Shown piece by piece: positions 59,064-64,000 of a stretch of DNA of 64,000 bases. Source of the DNA: Babesia bigemina (lineage: Eukaryota); contig NC_027217.1 in NCBI RefSeq assembly GCF_000981445.1, forward strand, positions 1,488,001 to 1,552,000, written 5' to 3'. The first letter of the stretch is position 1. Each line of letters starts with the position of its first letter. The position numbers and the translations under genes are program-made. The notes under the pieces were generated by a model. The model was not told the DNA's origin. It ran no database searches and saw only the letters and a list, made by a program, of their open reading frames with translations.

Positions 59064-59709
59064 GGGATCAGTTACAGTAACCTGTTATATAACATATCTT
59101 ATGTTTGTAATCTGATCATTCAACGTCTCCGAGTAAACGCATACGTACAGCAAACCGTCAGGGCCGTCATTTGATAAATACAGCAATGCCAAACCGTATC
59201 AGAACCCTAAATAATAGCAAATGCATTCTGTTGATAGCATAAATGCTCATTCACGCATCATAAATCGGGCGCATTTATAGGCTCCTCGCATCACATGGAA
59301 TGGAGACGTGGTATCCGCCTATTGAAATCGCAAATGTGACGGGGCTAACTCATAAGGTTCGTAACTGTGCATTAGATCACTAAAAAAATCATTACCGCTG
59401 ACCCATAACTCGTAACCGCTGAGAACATTTACCGTTTGGCTTCGCAGATCTCGAAATACCTCATTGTTACGGCATACCACATACCCATCACTGGATAGAT
59501 ATCTTGATGGGATGTTAATATGGATAGTGGAGGTATGATATGTTAGTAAGTTCTAGGATTACCTAACATTATCGCTGAATTCCGACAACATAACACAACT
59601 TCTCATAACTCCGAATACAGAATAGTTATATCATTGAATGTATTTACAGGTCATTTACGAGTGGCAATCATTCTCATCGCATTAACAGGTGCATTATCGT
59701 TATAAAAGA

Positions 59710-60294
59710 ATGTCGTCGTTAATTGTTTTTCTAGTCATATTTTCCGCCCCCAACGCATTCGCTGGGAACTTACGTGAGAATGAGGTAGCTTCAGTAGGGG
59801 AGACCCACATGACGTATTCCATGTGGTTGAAATTGTGTGAAACAAGTGAAAAACGCTTTAAAGAAAGGCAAGATGAAGCTGTGGTGGAATCAGCAAGCGT
59901 TGCTAAGAGCTCCAAAGGTAGCGTAGTTCAAGCTTTTGAAAGTTTCAAAGCACGTGTTTCGAAGGTGACGATCTCATGCCAACAATTGGTCTCTCTGCCA
60001 AATACTCCAACGCAACTCGCATTTAAAGGTCAGCCAGATGAAGCTAATGAACTGGACAAATCTGCAAGATTTATCGGAAGGCAAATTATGCACGCTATAA
60101 TCAGCGCTCAAAATCAGTATATTATATATAAGGTCGTGTTAAACAGCGATAAAGAAAATCCCAATTACGTCGATGCCGCCGATGTAATTGAGAAATATGT
60201 TCTGCATTTGAATGTCATCAGCTCGTCAATCGATAAGGTTAAAAATTTTCTTCTTGTACCTGCCGTACTTGCAATTCACTCGGTTTTATTCTGA
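59710..60294 (+). CDS. Secreted, probably GPI-anchored antigen, 194 aa
   Basis: Signal peptide MSSLIVFLVIFSAPNAFA; hydrophobic C-terminus FLLVPAVLAIHSVLF. Confidence 0.7.
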   Translation: MSSLIVFLVIFSAPNAFAGNLRENEVASVGETHMTYSMWLKLCETSEKRFKERQDEAVVESASVAKSSKGSVVQAFESFKARVSKVTISCQQLVSLPNTPTQLAFKGQPDEANELDKSARFIGRQIMHAIISAQNQYIIYKVVLNSDKENPNYVDAADVIEKYVLHLNVISSSIDKVKNFLLVPAVLAIHSVLF

Positions 60295-61249
60295 TCCATT
60301 GCAAGTAGTAATGAACCTTAAACTACATTATTCATACACATTGTCGCACGGTTTGTACAAGTCAAAATAATTGCTGTTTTTCACCTTGTAATTTAATACA
60401 AAAACGGGATGGATTGGGAACTTGTGCAGAGCATGCAAAGTCGCAAAACAATCTATTTTAGATCATCGTAAATGGCCAAAATTAAGATCTTATTACCTCT
60501 GATACTTGGAATTTACAGGTCAGAGGCGTTAAAACAATGGCTACCAATGGTGTGTTCTTGAAAATATCACGGTTTTCTCGTGCATGTGGGGAGTGCAGAT
60601 TTTTCAAAGGCTTGTACTGTATAATCCAGGCACTAAAAGTAACGCAGTACATGCAGCTAAGAAAATGCTCCATCTGAAGATAATTTTTGTTAATGGCTTA
60701 CGTTGTTAATGGTATGGTTTATAGGTATGGCTGCTTATGCCTCTTACGATATCGGTATTGGCTGCCGGCTTCACGCCGCCTAGGAATGGGAACTGTTATC
60801 AGAGTCGTAATCGCCTTACGTAACGATGATATCGTGATTAGTAATCCGAATCACAATGTTGATGGTATGCATTGATTGCCCAGGTCAGAACCGTCGTGAT
60901 ACATGGCCACGTGGCAGGATACGCGCCATCACGCAAAGGGAAGATGCGTAAATGTACAAACTCTTATTGGAAACGTCAACTTTAAGCATATATTGAAAAC
61001 CTAACGCCTCAATCAAACAAACGCGCCAAACTTGCCGTTCTTAATGCACTTTTGAAAGGCAATACCCTCGCAACTTCACAGTTGGCTGCTTCTATGGGGT
61101 ACAGGTGCCCTTTCTTATCACGAACAATAAAAACTTGTTAAATATTGATTTCGTAACTCAATGGTGGCTATATTGGACCACATGATTTTTTGTGTAATTG
61201 TCATTTATGGTGTAGCGCAAAAAACGAAACCATTTCTAAGCATACGGTA

Positions 61250-62109
61250 ATGGGTCTGGAATCTTTGTCGACTATTTCGTATTTTGCAGGACTTATTTAC
61301 CAATATATTGATAATGTAGCGTATTCACTCGGATCACTCACCAGATGTGTTCTCGCAAACTTGTGAGTACCGGATACAGTAGCAGCAACTCTGATATAAC
61401 TGCGCACGGTGAACAACGCGGAATACGCATGACCTCCTCTCTTAAGGTCTTATGAGCGCAGTCATATAAACACGTACGAAAATACAAATGGCAAGCTTCG
61501 TTTCATTGCGATTACGGAGGTGGTACGTACGGATGACTGAAACCCTTTAATCCACATGTAATCGAATGTTTCGCGAACTCCCACGGGATTCAAAATTTTA
61601 GATGAATGCGTTATCACTCTTAAATAGCAACAGTTAGTGTTTATATGTGGTCGCAAATTTTGGTTCTGAGCAATGCCATACAACAACACGTTCAGCATTT
61701 GAATGTTAATGAACCACGCCAGCTTCCTTGCACTCCAGTACGCCATTGGCGAAGGAGTAAATCCAAATAGGGCACAGATTAGATGTATTTTACCTGAAAA
61801 GAGTGCGTGTAGACATGCCATGTCAAGGCTGCCGGTGAGGCGGCTTTCTACTGCCCAGCACCGTACGTCCTGGACCCACCTGACTGCTTCAACCAAGTGT
61901 TAGTGGAGGGTGAAGTGAAGAACTTAAGTGACATCAGCGAGTCTCTGGCAGCGTCACATTCCAACCACTTCGTTATCCTGAAATTCCACCGTGAATCTAT
62001 TGGACCTGTAGAAACGTTGCGCAAGACGCCGCCACTTGAATGCCGCTGCGTCACTATCAAAGGCATCGTCCTGTCTACCATACATATCGAGAACTACTAC
62101 TCCAAGTAA
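61250..62109 (+). pseudogene. Pseudogene of the six-cysteine-like family with an internal deletion of about 2 kb
   Basis: Decayed N-terminal homology (EYA*P, LRFIAITEV, QLVFICG, HSSTPL, VFYLKR..QGC) with stops and frameshifts, fused to an intact C-terminus EAAFYCPAPYVLDPPDCF...IENYYSK*. Confidence 0.88.
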
Positions 62110-64000
62110 TGAGTAGATAAAACTCGGTAACTCGTTTGGCAATTAGCCACTTAAATTGTAATAGTTCATGTTGTTCGATCTGCTGATTTGTGTCTCCAGT
62201 GGTTGCATAGTTCTTGCTTAGAGTGTAGTAGTTGCCGGTGCTGCGTTCGCATCGTATTTTAGTGTTGTAATAGATTTTTGTAGTTTTGTGTTAGCGATAC
62301 CATGTCGTGCCAGTAATGGGATTTGATACTACATCTCACAAGGCAAATAGCGTATGTCTGGCATACTTCGGGAAGGTGCAAGGTTTTGCGTTGGTGATCT
62401 CATAACAACCTAAAAATCAGCCTATGAACCAAATACTCAACGAGAGATGTATTGCGGCAATGATCATTGTCCCACAGTAACTCCACCAATTTAATCAACC
62501 AACTACCGTGTGAGCACTTGGCCACCCTACATGATTAGAGAACAATGAAACCAAAAAGCAGTTCATTTGCTCACTGCGTGTTCACATCACTTCACATCAT
62601 AACTATTCATAAGGCTGAAGCGACTTATATTGGTAATTACTAAATCACAGTTATCCGTGCCCGCCCTACGCAGCGGCAGCCTACGGCTTGCTGGGATGGA
62701 TGTGGTGAAAGCAGATTGTGATTCACAATCAGGTATGAAGTGCCAGAAACATGATGAATCTTTGAGATATGTTGTCGGTATGAGATGGCTAGGAAACACT
62801 TTCGGTAACCCTCAGCTCAATAAGGAATCAGGGCCAATCACGCTTGAGATACATAGAGTTGCACTCGATTACGTAGTATTGCGAGAACCGCACAAACACA
62901 TGGCAAATCAATCGTAGAGCTGCAATTACATGCGCCATTTGAGAGATATTAGCAGGACACCGGATTGGTAGGTAGCCAAGGCGGTGAGCGGACGATGCCC
63001 ATATCGGTTGGGGGACGGGTGACCTTAATACGGAAGACACGGTTGTCGAGCTTCTCAGATTCTACGCAACCACCACGGTGACAACGAGTCACATAGCAGG
63101 AACACACGCACCACCTCACGTCATCTGCTCCTTTTGCGTAGCGAAATGTGTCAAGGGTAGCAAAATCGGGTGATCATGATGGCGCATGTCACTATTGAGA
63201 GTCTATCGCTTGTAGTGAAACTGGCAATGTGTTTGGTGATGGATGTCGGGATGGTAGCATAACTCTGAAGGGTGAATGATTTGGGGCGGAGCAATGCATG
63301 GTCAGGGGAGGCATGATTGACTTTTGGAAATCTAATAGACTTAACCGCCGTCTATGCATACGCCTCAATAGCCTCTAGTACTTCCGAGATGTGCCGTGCT
63401 TGTAGACTCAAATGCATCCAAGTTTCCAAGAGGAAGTGAAAGGCATGACAATCAGGGCCGCAGCAGGACGCAATCCCGTATTGCAAGAGGGGAGAAGGGT
63501 TTAAATAGGTATAGTAATAAACATACATTCTGCGCTCCCCCAACATGTGGGAATCCACGACTAACGTTCCTATAATACAAAAGGATGGCGCCTCTCAAGG
63601 CGCTGCTCTAACCCCGCTTCCAAGTGTTTCATTGCCAGAGCCGAAATTATCTGGCAATAACGGCCTCTCTAAGGCTTAGAGCTGAATGTATATGCGCCTC
63701 CTACTACCGCTACTCCACCGTATTCCCAAAACATACAACCCGGTACAGGCGCAGGACATGGTCCACTTGGCAGTGAAGACTCAGGAGAGCCCGGGGAGTT
63801 CATAAGCGGGACCTTGTGCATCACTTGACGCATTACTAAAAACATGGGTCCCACAAAGGTCGCAGTGGCGTGGTTTCGTGCTACACATGATGGCGGTGCC
63901 ATTGTAAACTTCTAGTATCTGCCGCGGTATCGAAGAATCGCATCGTTAAATGTGGAGAAATATGCTGTCAGATAAACCAAGTTGTTTCATTTGCGGCAAT

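Noticed and set aside
63669..63902. 77-aa ORF with good start context and GGVAVVGGAY
   Set aside because: Possibly an antigen-gene relic, but no recognisable homology within the window.

Overview
Intron-rich eukaryotic DNA from an apicomplexan, almost certainly a Babesia. The short ves-like genes, the IENYYSK-ending six-cysteine family, the 33-41 nt GT-AG introns and the CGGGRCG-type thioredoxin reductase point to the B. bigemina/ovata/caballi type. A GC-rich, very compact housekeeping block (~11.7-59.1 kb) holds Sec1, LMF, TrxR, condensin CAP-H and CAP-G, SDA1, tRNA-Arg(CCG), TFB5, ARL2, an amino-acid transporter, zf-HIT, a HAD-like protein, OGDH E1, a TFIIS-M protein, CRAL-TRIO, tRNA-Gln(CTG), VPS60, EngB, DPM2-like and SWS1-like genes. 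AT-richer antigen islands flank it: a GPI protein, a 6-Cys-like gene and a ves-like gene on the left, and a GPI protein with an internally deleted 6-Cys pseudogene on the right. A frameshifted ves-like copy sits inside the block. I reconstructed by hand several spliced or very short genes that the ORF track misses. The most interesting signals are a Tom5-like 49-aa microprotein directly upstream of ZNHIT3, same-strand genes only 3-32 nt apart (possibly bicistronic), a stand-alone Snf2/Brahma N-terminal (QLQ) protein with no ATPase, a non-canonical Erv/ALR-fold protein, and a tRNA gene filling a bidirectional promoter. All family assignments come from motif recognition by eye, not from database searches.
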